Origin: an uncultured Clostridia bacterium
GTDB taxonomy: Bacteria; Bacillota; Clostridia; Saccharofermentanales; Fastidiosipilaceae
Reading direction: 5' to 3'
Length of the DNA stretch: 45,170 nt
Assembly: GCA_947253135.1 (NCBI GenBank)
Contig: CAMXYS010000001.1
Coordinates: 1 to 45,170, forward strand
Each line of letters starts with the position of its first letter. Position 1 is the first letter of the stretch. Below are positions 25,730-35,268 of the stretch, piece after piece. Below the pieces are notes generated by a model. That model ran no database searches, was not told the origin of the DNA, and saw nothing but the letters and a program-made list of their open reading frames with translations. Both the position numbers and the translations under genes were made by a program.

Positions 25730-26089
25730 GTTCAAATTTACCTTCTTTGTGATGAAACCGGTTATCTGACCTGATGCCGGCCGGTAGCAGAGCTCGGGTG
25801 TCACTGACAAAATAGAGACAATAAAAGTGGTGGACAGGCTGTGTCAAGCGGGTCAAAAAGCCTACAATACGGGGAAGAGCTATGGCTAACCGGCACGAGG
25901 GGGTTCACCATGAACCGGACCTATTTTTTGATGAGCGGTGCTTGTTTGGCTCTTAATCAGACGGGTGGCTATATTACAGATTCAGGCACAAGGCTTGGAT
26001 GAGCAAAAAATCGTTAATAGATTGGCAACCCTCTAACCGCTATAATGGTTATATCGTATTTAGCATATCCATATGCGAAGAAGGATACA

Positions 26090-27040
26090 ATGAAAAGAGA
26101 AATAGAACAAAAAGAAAAATGTATCTATTTAGCAGGCGGTTGCTTTTGGGGTGTCGAGGCTTATTTTAAAAAAATTGAAGGGGTGCTGCAAACTACAGTC
26201 GGTTATGCCAACGGGCAGACGGAGGAGACCGACTACACCCGTTTGGCCGCAACTGACCACGCCGAGACAGTGGCTCTCTTTTATGATGCCAACCGAATTT
26301 CTTTGGCCGCCATTTTGCGCCATTTTTTCCGTTTGATCGACCCCTTGAGCCCGGACCGGCAAGGCAATGATATCGGCCGACAATACCGGCCGGCTATTTT
26401 TTATGAAGACCCGGGCGATAGCAAACCGATACAGACCGCCTTGACAGCTTTGGAACGCCGGCTTGGCTGCCGGTCTGCCGTCACAGCAGAGCCTTTGCGC
26501 CACTTTATTCCGGCGGAGGACTATCACCAAGATTATTTGACGGTTAACCCCCGGGGCTATTGCCATATCGACCTAAGCCTGGCCGCAAGACCGCTTTATC
26601 AGCCCGACTTCCTGCCGGACCAAAACCGTTTGCGGTCTGAATTGTCGGCAGAAGCCTATGCCGTAACTCAGGAAGAGGCGACAGAGGCGCCTTTTTCCAG
26701 CCCCTTTAACGACAATGGCCGGAGAGGTATCTATGTTGACATTGTGAGTAAAGAGCCGCTCTTTTCGTCGCGTGACCAATATAATGCCGGTTGTGGCTGG
26801 CCCAGTTTTACCAAATCCATTAACCCGGACAGCGTGACTTACCGGGAGGACCGCCGTCTGACTGAACCGCGGACAGAGGTCAGAAGTCGAGGCGCTGATT
26901 CCCATTTGGGCCATGTTTTCAGTGATGGTCCTGTAGAACAAGGTGGTTGGCGCTATTGCATCAACGGGGCAGCTTTAGAATTTATTAAAGAAGAAGACAT
27001 GGAAGAAAGGGGATACGGAGCATATTTGGCAGACTTATAA
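26090..27040 (+). CDS. msrAB: Bifunctional peptide-methionine (S)/(R)-S-oxide reductase MsrA-MsrB
   Basis: GGCFWGVEAYF (MsrA), then CGWPSF and RTEVRS..ADSHLGHVFSDGP...RYCINGAAL (MsrB). ATG 26090 follows GAAGAAGGA. Confidence 0.9.
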   Translation: MKREIEQKEKCIYLAGGCFWGVEAYFKKIEGVLQTTVGYANGQTEETDYTRLAATDHAETVALFYDANRISLAAILRHFFRLIDPLSPDRQGNDIGRQYRPAIFYEDPGDSKPIQTALTALERRLGCRSAVTAEPLRHFIPAEDYHQDYLTVNPRGYCHIDLSLAARPLYQPDFLPDQNRLRSELSAEAYAVTQEEATEAPFSSPFNDNGRRGIYVDIVSKEPLFSSRDQYNAGCGWPSFTKSINPDSVTYREDRRLTEPRTEVRSRGADSHLGHVFSDGPVEQGGWRYCINGAALEFIKEEDMEERGYGAYLADL

Positions 27041-27058
27041 GCAAAAAGGAGAGGTTTC

Positions 27059-27901
27059 ATGTATAAAATTTTAGAAAAAAGAGTATTGAACGCCAATACG
27101 AAAATGATGCTAATTGATGCCCCGCATGTGGCCAAGCGGGCCAAACCGGGTCAATTTATTATGCTGCGGGTGGATGAAGATGGGGAAAGAATTCCCCTCA
27201 CCATCGCCTCGGCCGATGTTGATAAGGGCACCATTATGATTATCTTTCAGGAAGTCGGTGCTACGACTAAAAAGCTGGGCGAGCTGGAGGAGGGGGAATG
27301 CCTCCATGACTTCGCCGGTCCTTTGGGCAAAGCATCGGAACTGGAAGGCTTAAAAAAGGTGGCGGTGGTCGGCGGCGGCCTGGGTTGCGCCATCGCTTAT
27401 CCGCAAGCCAAGGCCCTGCACGAGATAGGAGCCAAAGTTGATTTGATCGCCGGTTTTCGGTCTAAGGATCTCATCATTTTGGCAGATGAAATGAAGGCCG
27501 CTTCGACTAACCTTTATATTGTGACAGATGACGGCTCCAATGGGCATAAAGCCTTGGTTACAGATGTCCTCAAAGAGCGCATCGAGGCGGGTGAGCAGTA
27601 CGACGCCGTGATTGCCATCGGCCCCATGATTATGATGAAGTTTGTGGCTGAGACCACCAGGCCTTACGGGATTAAGACAATCGTGTCCATGAATTCGACT
27701 ATGGTTGACGGCACGGGCATGTGTGGCGGCTGCCGCCTGACCGTGGGCGGGGAGACTAAGTTTGCCTGTGTCGACGGCCCTGATTTCGATGCCCACTTGG
27801 TCGATTTTGATGAAGCCATCCGGCGCAGTGGGATGTACAAGCAGCAAGAGTCAGAGGCGGTGGCTCACCATTGCCGGCTCCAGGACCAGGAGGTGGGTTG
27901 A
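27059..27901 (+). CDS. PyrK-like FAD/NAD(P)-binding [2Fe-2S] subunit (NfnA / SudB-type ferredoxin-NADP+ oxidoreductase small subunit)
   Basis: PGQFIMLRV..GERIPLTIA, VGGGLGCA, GMCGGCRLTVGGETKFACVDGPDF. Confidence 0.8.
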   Translation: MYKILEKRVLNANTKMMLIDAPHVAKRAKPGQFIMLRVDEDGERIPLTIASADVDKGTIMIIFQEVGATTKKLGELEEGECLHDFAGPLGKASELEGLKKVAVVGGGLGCAIAYPQAKALHEIGAKVDLIAGFRSKDLIILADEMKAASTNLYIVTDDGSNGHKALVTDVLKERIEAGEQYDAVIAIGPMIMMKFVAETTRPYGIKTIVSMNSTMVDGTGMCGGCRLTVGGETKFACVDGPDFDAHLVDFDEAIRRSGMYKQQESEAVAHHCRLQDQEVG

Positions 27902-27902
27902 T

Positions 27903-29324
27903 ATGGCAGTTAAGCGCAATATGTCCCTTGAGAAGGTTCCCATGCCGGCTCAGGACCCAAATGTACGCAATCAAAATTTTGAGGAAGTAGCCACGGGCTA
28001 TACTGCCGAAATGGCTCAAGAGGAGGCAGCCCGTTGCCTGCATTGCCGCCATAAACCTTGTGTGACCGCCTGTCCGGTCGCTGTCCAGATTCCGGATTTT
28101 ATCGCCCTGATTGGCGAGGGTAAATTCCAGGAGGCGGCTGATGTGATCAAACAAACATCTGCCTTGCCGGCAGTTTGTGGCCGTGTTTGCCCGCAGGAAA
28201 GCCAGTGTGAATCTAAGTGCGTCCGAGCCATTAAGGGTGAGGCCGTAGCCATTGGCCGGCTGGAGCGTTTTGCGGCCGATTATGCCTTAGCCAATGACAA
28301 AAGGAAACCCGAGGCAGTTGCGCCTAATGGTCACAAGGTAGCGATCGTCGGTGCCGGTCCGGCCGGCTTGACGTGTGCGGGGGACCTGGCCCGTTTGGGC
28401 TACCGGGTGACAGTCTTTGAGGCCCTCCATACAGCCGGCGGTGTTTTAGTGTACGGGATTCCCGAATTCCGTCTGCCCAAGTCAGTCGTTCAAAAGGAGG
28501 TTGAGAGCCTCAAACAGTTGGGTGTTGAATTTGTCTTTAACTTTGTGGTCGGGCAGACGGAGACCATTGATGAGCTGCTGGCAGACGGTTATGAAGCCGT
28601 CTTTGTGGGCTCCGGCGCGGGCCTGCCGACCTTTATGCGGGTGCCGGGCGAAAACTACAATGGTGTCTATTCAGCCAATGAATACCTGACTAGGATCAAT
28701 TTAATGAAGGCTTACAAGGAAGATGCCGACACGCCTATTTTAAGAGCCCACAAAGTGGCGGTGGTCGGCGGAGGCAATGTGGCCATGGATGCGGCCCGGT
28801 CAGCCAAGCGGATGGGAGCCGAAGAGGTCTATATTGTTTACCGCCGAGGCGAGGAGGAATTGCCGGCCCGGTTGGAGGAGATTCACCACGCCAAGGAAGA
28901 AGGCATTATCTTCAAGTTTTTGACTGCCCCCCTGGAAGTTTTGGGGGATCCGGAGACCTTCCGGGTGACAGGCATGCGCTGCCAGGAGATGAAGTTAGGG
29001 GAACCGGATGATTCCGGTCGCAGACGCCCGGTCCCGGTTGAAGGCAGTGAGTTTGAACTGGAGCTGGATGCGGTGATTGTAGCGATCGGCACCAGTCCCA
29101 ACCCCCTGATCAGAGCGACAACCCCGGGTCTTGACACCAATAAATGGGGGTGTATTGTAGCCGATGAGGCCGACGGTATTACCTCTAAAGAGGGTGTTTT
29201 CGCCGGCGGTGATGCCGTGACGGGAGCAGCCACTGTTATCCTGGCCATGGGGGCCGGGAAAAATGCGGCGGCAGCTATGCACAAATACATTCAAAACAAA
29301 AAAGCGGAGGCCGGAGTTGAGTGA
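27903..29324 (+). CDS. GltD-like NADPH-dependent oxidoreductase large subunit (NfnB / SudA / homotetrameric GltA type)
   Basis: EAARCLHCRHKPCVTACPV, CGRVCPQESQCESKC, VAIVGAGPAGLTCAGDLA, VVGGGNVAMDAAR. ATG 27903 is 1 nt after the upstream stop, with a GGAGGTGG SD. Confidence 0.85.
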   Translation: MAVKRNMSLEKVPMPAQDPNVRNQNFEEVATGYTAEMAQEEAARCLHCRHKPCVTACPVAVQIPDFIALIGEGKFQEAADVIKQTSALPAVCGRVCPQESQCESKCVRAIKGEAVAIGRLERFAADYALANDKRKPEAVAPNGHKVAIVGAGPAGLTCAGDLARLGYRVTVFEALHTAGGVLVYGIPEFRLPKSVVQKEVESLKQLGVEFVFNFVVGQTETIDELLADGYEAVFVGSGAGLPTFMRVPGENYNGVYSANEYLTRINLMKAYKEDADTPILRAHKVAVVGGGNVAMDAARSAKRMGAEEVYIVYRRGEEELPARLEEIHHAKEEGIIFKFLTAPLEVLGDPETFRVTGMRCQEMKLGEPDDSGRRRPVPVEGSEFELELDAVIVAIGTSPNPLIRATTPGLDTNKWGCIVADEADGITSKEGVFAGGDAVTGAATVILAMGAGKNAAAAMHKYIQNKKAEAGVE

Positions 29325-29363
29325 GCCGGCACAGAAAATTTTGATCTGAGGTGAAGCAGATTC

Positions 29364-29816
29364 GTGCAAAAAACCAATGTCATGCGGCTGTTGGACCGCC
29401 ATAAGGTGACCTATGAGATGGCGGATTGGGGCCAAGGGGTGCCGGAGCGAATTGCCGGTACCCGTGTCTATAAAACGCTTGTGACTGTGGGCAAATCGGG
29501 CGAACACTATGTCTTTGTCATTCCGACCGACCGGGAGCTGGACCTCAAAAAGGCCGCAGCGGCGGTTGGCGAGAAAAATATTCATATGATTAAAGAAAAG
29601 GAACTTCTGCCCTTGACTGGCTATGTCCACGGTGGCTGCTCCCCTATAGGCATGAAAAAGCAGTTCAAAACCTGTTTTGACCGGTCGGCTCAAACTGAGG
29701 AGCGGATTTTTTTCAGCGCCGGCAGGGTGGGGCAATCAGTGGCGGTCCAGCCGGCGGATTTAAGCGAGGTGCTGTCGGTGGCATATTTTGACTTAACCGC
29801 TGCGGGTGAGGGTTAG
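29364..29816 (+). CDS. ybaK: Cys-tRNA(Pro)/Cys-tRNA(Cys) deacylase
   Basis: KTNVMRLLDRHKVTYE...TLV...HYVFVIPTDRELDLKKAA...TGYVHGGCSPIGMKK. GTG start with GAGGTGA SD. Confidence 0.8.
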   Translation: MQKTNVMRLLDRHKVTYEMADWGQGVPERIAGTRVYKTLVTVGKSGEHYVFVIPTDRELDLKKAAAAVGEKNIHMIKEKELLPLTGYVHGGCSPIGMKKQFKTCFDRSAQTEERIFFSAGRVGQSVAVQPADLSEVLSVAYFDLTAAGEG

Positions 29817-29882
29817 AGTGAACTTAGAGAGGCTACTAAGGCTAAGTGAGGATTTTAGTTTAACCTTGGTAGGAGGTAAGGA

Positions 29883-30446
29883 ATGATCTCAGCGACATCT
29901 TTTGCAAAAAACGGTTCGGCTACTCTCAGCATCAGGCGAGCTAAGATCTCCGATTTAGAAGTTCTTTGCGGCTTGGGCAAGCAGACCTTTGCAGAGACCT
30001 TTGCTGACACCAATACCCCTGAAAATTTGACGGCTTACTTAGATGAGGCCTTTCACCCTGACCGGCTGGCGGCTGAACTGGCAGAGCCGAATAGTTATTT
30101 TTTTCTGGCCATGGTCAATCAATGTCCGGTGGGCTATTGCAAAGTAAACCTGGGACCGGCTCAAACCGAGCCAATGGGGTCAGACTGGGCGGAGTTGCAG
30201 CGCCTTTATATACTTGGCAGTGCGAAAGGACAAGGCATCGGCAGCCGTTTTTTACGAGTGGCAGAAGATTTGGTTAGTGCGCAAAATATTTCAAAAATTT
30301 GGCTGGGTGTCTGGGAACACAACTATAAGGCGCAGCAGTTTTATGGTCGCCACGGCTACCACCGGCGGTCGGCTCACACTTTTATGGTGGGGGACGATCC
30401 GCAAACAGACTTAATTCTGGAGAAGCATATATCAATTGAAAGTTGA
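29883..30446 (+). CDS. GNAT-family N-acetyltransferase
   Basis: LQRLYILGSAKGQGIGSRFL (acetyl-CoA motif A), WLGVWEHNYKAQQFYGRHGY. Confidence 0.8.
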   Translation: MISATSFAKNGSATLSIRRAKISDLEVLCGLGKQTFAETFADTNTPENLTAYLDEAFHPDRLAAELAEPNSYFFLAMVNQCPVGYCKVNLGPAQTEPMGSDWAELQRLYILGSAKGQGIGSRFLRVAEDLVSAQNISKIWLGVWEHNYKAQQFYGRHGYHRRSAHTFMVGDDPQTDLILEKHISIES

Positions 30447-30543
30447 CATCCTCCCCTCCCTAAAGTGAAGGGGATTCCTACCACTCGAAGCTTTGCTTCG
30501 TAGTCTCGGTGGGTTCCTGTTGCTGGCCTCCAGCGAGGCTCAC

Positions 30544-31712
30544 TTAGCAGGCGCAATGGGCATGTCCTGCCCTGATTACTTTTCCTCGAAGAAGAATATT
30601 CTTCGCTGCGTTTAGATCAGCATTGGCTTCGTGCCCACAATTCACACAACAGAAGTGCTCTTGTGTGGTTCTGTTTTCTTTTGAAACATGACCACACACA
30701 GGGCAAGTCTGGCTCGTGTGTTTAGGGTCGACCAAGATTAACTGACCACCCTTAGCTTCTAGCTTATAGGCAAGTTGAGTCCTGAATAGCCCCCAACCCT
30801 GTCTTAGGATAGATCGGTTTAACCCGGCTTTCTGTCTCACATGAACACCAGGCTTTTCCTTAGTACCTCTTGCTGATTTAGACATTTGTTTCACCCTTAA
30901 ATCTTCCATATAGATTGTGCCGTGGCTCTTGGCTAATCCGGAAGATAGCTTATGAGTAAAGTCTAGCCTTGTGTTTCTTAGCTTACGGTGAAGCTTACTT
31001 AACTTGAGTTTTGTTTTCTCACGATTCTTTGATCCTTTCTTTTGACGGCATAGCTTTTGCTGTGTCCGCTTTATTTTCCTTTCGTTTCGTTCATATTGAT
31101 CTACCGGCGCATGATATACGTTACCGTCCGAACAGGCGGCAAAGATTTTAACACCAAGATCAATTCCAACTGCTGACTCGGTTTCTAAAACTGGATCAGG
31201 TGTTTCCTCAAAGGTGGTGAACACGATGTAGTAAGCATTTGCTTCCTTCGTTATTGTGACGTGGCGAACGACACCCTTTATGGCTCTGGATCGCTTAAAG
31301 CGTATCCAGCCGAGTTTAGGCAGTTTGACTCGCTTATTTCTCTCCTCAATGGAGAATCCTTGTGGAAAACGAATCGAGTCATTGATCCCTTTTATCTTCC
31401 AGTTTGGATAACCGGAAGCAGAAGGGTTAGCAAAGAAACGCTGAAAGGCAAAGTCTAAGTCTTTTATACCTTGTTGCAAAGTTTGAGAAGGTGACTGATT
31501 TAAAAACCAAAAGTTTGGATCATTCTTCCACTGAACAAGCCGTTTTATGTATCCATAGCATTCCATTTTTGTTCCGGAAACTCTTTATAGTCTTTGGACA
31601 TAGCAAGAGCCATATTTTGGACACAACGAACATTGCCCATATATTGATTGAGCAACTTCTTTTGCTTGCCTGTCGGCAACAATTTATACTTGTAACCTTT
31701 TGCCTTAATCAT
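30544..31712 (-). pseudogene. tnpB: TnpB (OrfB/IS1341-type RNA-guided nuclease), disrupted by a single frameshift
   Basis: MIKAKGYKYKLLPTGKQKKLLNQYMG... (31712..31545) continues in another frame as ...YGYIKRLVQWKN...LQQGIKDLDFAFQRFF (31566..30544). RuvC-like motifs GIDLGVK, IYMEDL, ANADLNAAKNI and the zinc finger CPVCGH..CVNCGH are intact. The frame change is at the A5 run (T5 on the plus strand, 31565..31569). Confidence 0.8.
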
Positions 31713-31734
31713 AGCTCTATTATACCATTGGTCT

Positions 31735-32127
31735 ATGGATAACAGAAATGACTTAAGGCAAGGAAGAAGTGTTGTTTCAAAGCTCAATGTTCATTTGGTC
31801 TTTGTGACAAAATATAGACAGACTCGCTTCACAGAAGCCATGCTCAATGACTTAAAAACTTGGGCAAAAGTCATCTGTGAAAAGATGGAGGCTCAGCTAA
31901 TTGAGCTAAATGGTGAAAAAGACCATATCCATTTACTAGTCGAATATCCACCCAAGCTAAGCGTGTCTCAATTAGTCAACAGCCTAAAGGGTGTAACCGC
32001 TAGACGGTTTAATCAAAAGTACCAAGCCCACCTTGACGGCAAGAAGCTTTGGTCACCTTCATACTTTGCTATATCGTGCGGCGGTGCGCCTCTTGCTGTC
32101 ATTCAAAAATACATAGAAAACCAATAG
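31735..32127 (+). CDS. tnpA: IS200/IS605 TnpA (Y1/HUH transposase)
   Basis: VHLVFVTKYR (HUH region), HIHLLVEYPP, SVSQLVNSLKGVTAR, LWSPSYFAISCGG. Its start is 22 bp from the divergent tnpB start. Confidence 0.9.
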   Translation: MDNRNDLRQGRSVVSKLNVHLVFVTKYRQTRFTEAMLNDLKTWAKVICEKMEAQLIELNGEKDHIHLLVEYPPKLSVSQLVNSLKGVTARRFNQKYQAHLDGKKLWSPSYFAISCGGAPLAVIQKYIENQ

Positions 32128-32210
32128 AGTGGCTTATATCCCCCACCTCAAGGAAGGGGTTTTACGCCACGTGTGATAAAAATCTCGGTAGAGACCTGTT
32201 TCTTTAAGTG

Positions 32211-32258
32211 AAAAACACCCCTACACATAAATCAAGTTTTTGTGTGGGGTGTTTTTAT
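32211..32258. terminator. Bidirectional rho-independent terminator downstream of the wrbA-like gene
   Basis: AAAAACACCCCTACACA-(loop)-TGTGTGGGGTGTTTTTA. A 12-bp stem with one bulge. Confidence 0.75.
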
Positions 32259-32338
32259 AGGTCTGCCGGAGCGACGCGTAGATTTTCCTCAAGCGGCTGA
32301 GCGCCCCGTTTGCTTTTAAACCGGTCCTACCACCGTAC

Positions 32339-32929
32339 TTAAGCCTTGAGTTTTTCTGCCACCCGAACCAGGCGCTTGGCCTGGTATTTGACTGCGTCTT
32401 CCAGGTCATTGGCAAAGCCCTCTCTGGTTGTCGTTCCGGAAGTGCCGTAAGGGTTGCCGCCGGCCTTGTAAATAACGTCATCGGTGTAGCCGGGAGGAAC
32501 AATAATAGCTCCCCAGTGCATAAAGGAAGTGTACAGGGCCTTGACGGTGGCCTCTTGTCCGCCATTATTATTTTGCGCAGAAGACATGGCCGAGACGACT
32601 TTATTGGCCAGTTTGCCCTGTGCCCAAGCACCACCCTGTTGGTCGATAAAAAATTTCAGCTGGGCGGCGATGTTGCCGAAGCGAGTGGGGCTGGAAAACA
32701 GGAGGGCGTCAGCCCAAATTAAGTCATCTGTGGTGGCTTCCGGAATGTCCTTGGAGTCTTCTAGGTACTCGGCCCAGCCCGGGTTGGGATCAGAGGTGTC
32801 CATGAGTTCAGCTACCTTCAGCAAGCGCACTTCAGCGCCGGCCTCTTTGGCAGCAGCTTCAGCCCAACGGGCCATTTGCAGGTTGTGTCCGGTTTGTGAG
32901 TAATAAATAATTGCCAGTTTTATCATCAT
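32339..32929 (-). CDS. Flavodoxin-fold NAD(P)H:quinone oxidoreductase (WrbA-like)
   Basis: IKLAIIYYSQTGHN..., LLFSSPTRFGNIAAQLKFFIDQ. Confidence 0.75.
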   Translation of the reverse strand: MMIKLAIIYYSQTGHNLQMARWAEAAAKEAGAEVRLLKVAELMDTSDPNPGWAEYLEDSKDIPEATTDDLIWADALLFSSPTRFGNIAAQLKFFIDQQGGAWAQGKLANKVVSAMSSAQNNNGGQEATVKALYTSFMHWGAIIVPPGYTDDVIYKAGGNPYGTSGTTTREGFANDLEDAVKYQAKRLVRVAEKLKA

Positions 32930-33000
32930 TGATCTCCTTCAGAAATTTTTTACTGATGTTGTTTTTCGTGTTTGTCTTAGTGTTCTTTTAAGATTAGATT

Positions 33001-33843
33001 TTAGTCGTCGGTACGGGCAGCAGCTTTGACAAAGGTGCCTTGTCGAATATCTTGGGCGGCCTGTTGTAATTCCGCTTGGGTGTTCATCACTACCGGTCCG
33101 GCCCAGGCTATGGGTTCATTCAATTTAGGCCCTTGAAAATAGAAGAAACGAGCCGGTCCATCAGTTGCCGTAACGGTGATCCGGTCGCCCGGGGATAAAA
33201 GTAGAGCCGTTTTTTCCGCATAGGTTTCTCCGCCCACAGTCACCTGGCCGAGGATGGAAAAGATAAAGGCATTTTCTCCTTGTTTGCGGTCAATTGTAAA
33301 AGAGGCTCCTGCTTTTAAATCAATGTCATAAAAGGAGATGGGCAGGTGGTGGCCTTTAGCTCCTTCCACTCCCTCGTAGGAGCCCGCTAGAACTCTGAGT
33401 ACACCGCCTTCTATTTCCTTTTGCCCGATCGCTTTTTCGCTGACGTCAAAATATTTAGGCGTGGTCATTTTATCCTTGCGGGGCAGGTTGATCCATAGCT
33501 GTACGCCCAAAATGCGGTTGACCGGCTGCGGCATTTCCTCGTGTTCGATGCCCGACCCGGCCGTCATCCATTGGGCTTGCCCGTCCCGGATACTGCCTTT
33601 GTTGCCAAGGCTGTCCCTGTGGTCAATCTGACCGTGGATCAGGTAGGTAAGCGTCTCGATGCCCCGATGAGGGTGGCGGGGAAAACCGGCGGTATAGTCG
33701 TCGGGATTGGTTGAATCAAAAGAGTCCAGCATCAAAAAGGGGTCAAAATCGATGACATTGCTGTGACCTAAGACGCGCACCAGGTGAACGCCTGCTCCAT
33801 CGACGGCAGGTGTCCCTCTGACGGCTTGTAAAACTTTAGACAT
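33001..33843 (-). CDS. Pirin-family protein
   Basis: FPRHPHRGIETLTYLIHG, WMTAGSGIEHEE, QLWINLP. Confidence 0.85.
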   Translation of the reverse strand: MSKVLQAVRGTPAVDGAGVHLVRVLGHSNVIDFDPFLMLDSFDSTNPDDYTAGFPRHPHRGIETLTYLIHGQIDHRDSLGNKGSIRDGQAQWMTAGSGIEHEEMPQPVNRILGVQLWINLPRKDKMTTPKYFDVSEKAIGQKEIEGGVLRVLAGSYEGVEGAKGHHLPISFYDIDLKAGASFTIDRKQGENAFIFSILGQVTVGGETYAEKTALLLSPGDRITVTATDGPARFFYFQGPKLNEPIAWAGPVVMNTQAELQQAAQDIRQGTFVKAAARTDD

Positions 33844-33865
33844 TAAGTAAATCCTCCTTGTGAAT

Positions 33866-34366
33866 TTATGCTTGTCGCTTGTGGCTGTTACGCTGATCAG
33901 GCCTTGTCGCTGGTGGGGTGCTGTCCTCTCCGGGGAGGATAGGCTGCCCCAAGAGGCGGGCCATAGCTAGCTTCTCTTGTTCATTGTAGGACGCTAAAAT
34001 TTGGTTTAGCTCCGTAAGGTGCTCTTGAAAAACACGTTTAATCAGGATTTTTCCTGGATTTGTGAGGCGGTTGATCTTGCGCCTTTTATCCGTTGGGTCC
34101 GGAGCCAGTTGAATCAAGCCCTTTTTTTCAAGATTGCTGATGACAACGGTGAGATTACCGCCGGTCATCAGTCCGGCTTCCTTAATGTCTCCGATTGATA
34201 GGGGGCCTTTGTGGTAGAGGGCCTCCAGCACGGAAAATTGCGACAAGGTCAACCCATCTCGAGCCATAATTAAGGAGAGGTGGCGCATCAGCTTGGTCTG
34301 AAAACGGTTGAGCCGTGTCCAGAAGATTAAGTTCAGCTTGCTTTTGCGGTCATACTGATTCCACAT
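33866..34366 (-). CDS. MarR-family transcriptional regulator
   Basis: LTLSQFSVLEALYHKGPLSIGDI...GGNLTVVISNLEKKGLI...DPTDKRRK (winged HTH). Confidence 0.8.
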   Translation of the reverse strand: MWNQYDRKSKLNLIFWTRLNRFQTKLMRHLSLIMARDGLTLSQFSVLEALYHKGPLSIGDIKEAGLMTGGNLTVVISNLEKKGLIQLAPDPTDKRRKINRLTNPGKILIKRVFQEHLTELNQILASYNEQEKLAMARLLGQPILPGEDSTPPATRPDQRNSHKRQA

Positions 34367-34399
34367 AATGGGTCTGCCTTTCTCAAATTATTACTAACT

Positions 34400-35165
34400 A
34401 GTATAAATTTGCAAAATGGCGATAAGGGGGCCGATTTTTAAAGGAATTGTAAAGAAGGAGTTGCTGCAGCAGTTCTTGTGGAGCCGGTTCGCTGTCGGCT
34501 TGCCAGGCCGACTTTGTGGCCGAGGACAGCCTGCAATATATTGCTCCCAGCAATGGCAACTGGGGCTTGGTCAGGGTTTTGTGTCCGGTGCCGGAGTCTC
34601 ATCTTTTAAAAGGTCGGTATTAGGGACAAAACCGATGCACAAAACCGCTAACTGGCAAGGAGTACTGCCCTTGTCAGTCCGGACCGCGCAAATTTGCCAT
34701 CTTTTGTTCCCAGCGCTGCTACGGCTTCACCAAAGTGGCAGTTAAGCCCGGGGTCTTTTAAATTTCGGTCCATTAAGTCGGTAAATTCCGGATCATATTA
34801 GCTAGACAGACAGGTGTTTGTAATATCGATCAGGGCCACTTTTTTGTGGTGGTGCTCAAAGACCTCGGCTAATTCCACAGCAATATAGCCGGCCCCTACA
34901 ACGGCCACGGGCTCAATCGATTGATCTTATTTAAGCTTGTCAATCACAGCTGGGGCGTCTGGAAAGATTTTGCCAGGGAAGACATTTCCGCCATTCAGTC
35001 AGCTGGTATTCGGCGGGTCGAAGGGCGAGATCCGCTGGCTAAAAGCAATTTATCGCAGTGGTCTTCTATGGTGCTACCATCTTTTGAGGTGAGCGGGGAG
35101 GTCTTAGACAAATAAGCAGTCACTGTTTTAGCCTGAAGTAAGGTTACAGCATCAGCTAAAGAACA
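34400..35165 (-). pseudogene. Relic of an NADH oxidase / CoA-disulfide reductase-type pyridine-nucleotide-disulfide oxidoreductase; N-terminally truncated with several stops and frameshifts
   Basis: Hand translation of the minus strand gives DKLLLASGSRPSTRRIPAD* / NVFPGKIFPDAPAVIDKLK* / EPVAVVGAGYIAVELAEVFEHHHKKVALIDITNTCLSS*YDPEFTDLMDRNLKDPGLNCHFGEAV / RTDKGSTPCQLAVLCIGFVPNTDLLK in shifting frames. Confidence 0.7.
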
Positions 35166-35268
35166 AGAGAGCCGCACCTCATTGTGCGGCTCTCTTGTGG
35201 GAAGGCAAGTGTGCCGTTTACATCGGTACACCGGTTGAGGAAAGGCAGTAGCCCTCCCTCAACGGCAC

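Larger units (their letters stand above)
30447..32190. mobile_element. IS200/IS605-family insertion sequence (IS605-like; divergent tnpA and tnpB); boundaries approximate
   Basis: Y1 transposase plus TnpB. There are no terminal inverted repeats. Similar imperfect hairpins lie on the same strand near both ends (TCCCCTCCCTAAAGTGAAGGGGATTCC about 30455..30481, and TCCCCCACCTCAAGGAAGGGGTTTTA about 32141..32166). The element lies between the GNAT stop and the wrbA-like terminator. Confidence 0.75.

Noticed and set aside
26022-26046. TTGGCA ... TATAAT as the msrAB promoter
   Set aside because: The hexamers are good, but the spacer is only 13 nt by my count, outside the functional 16-19-nt range. 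I did not report it as a feature.
34416-35115. Plus-strand ORFs 34416..34745 and 34921..35115 as real genes
   Set aside because: They have no SD and no recognisable motifs. The opposite strand carries clear, though broken, NADH-oxidase-type segments, so these ORFs overlie a pseudogene.
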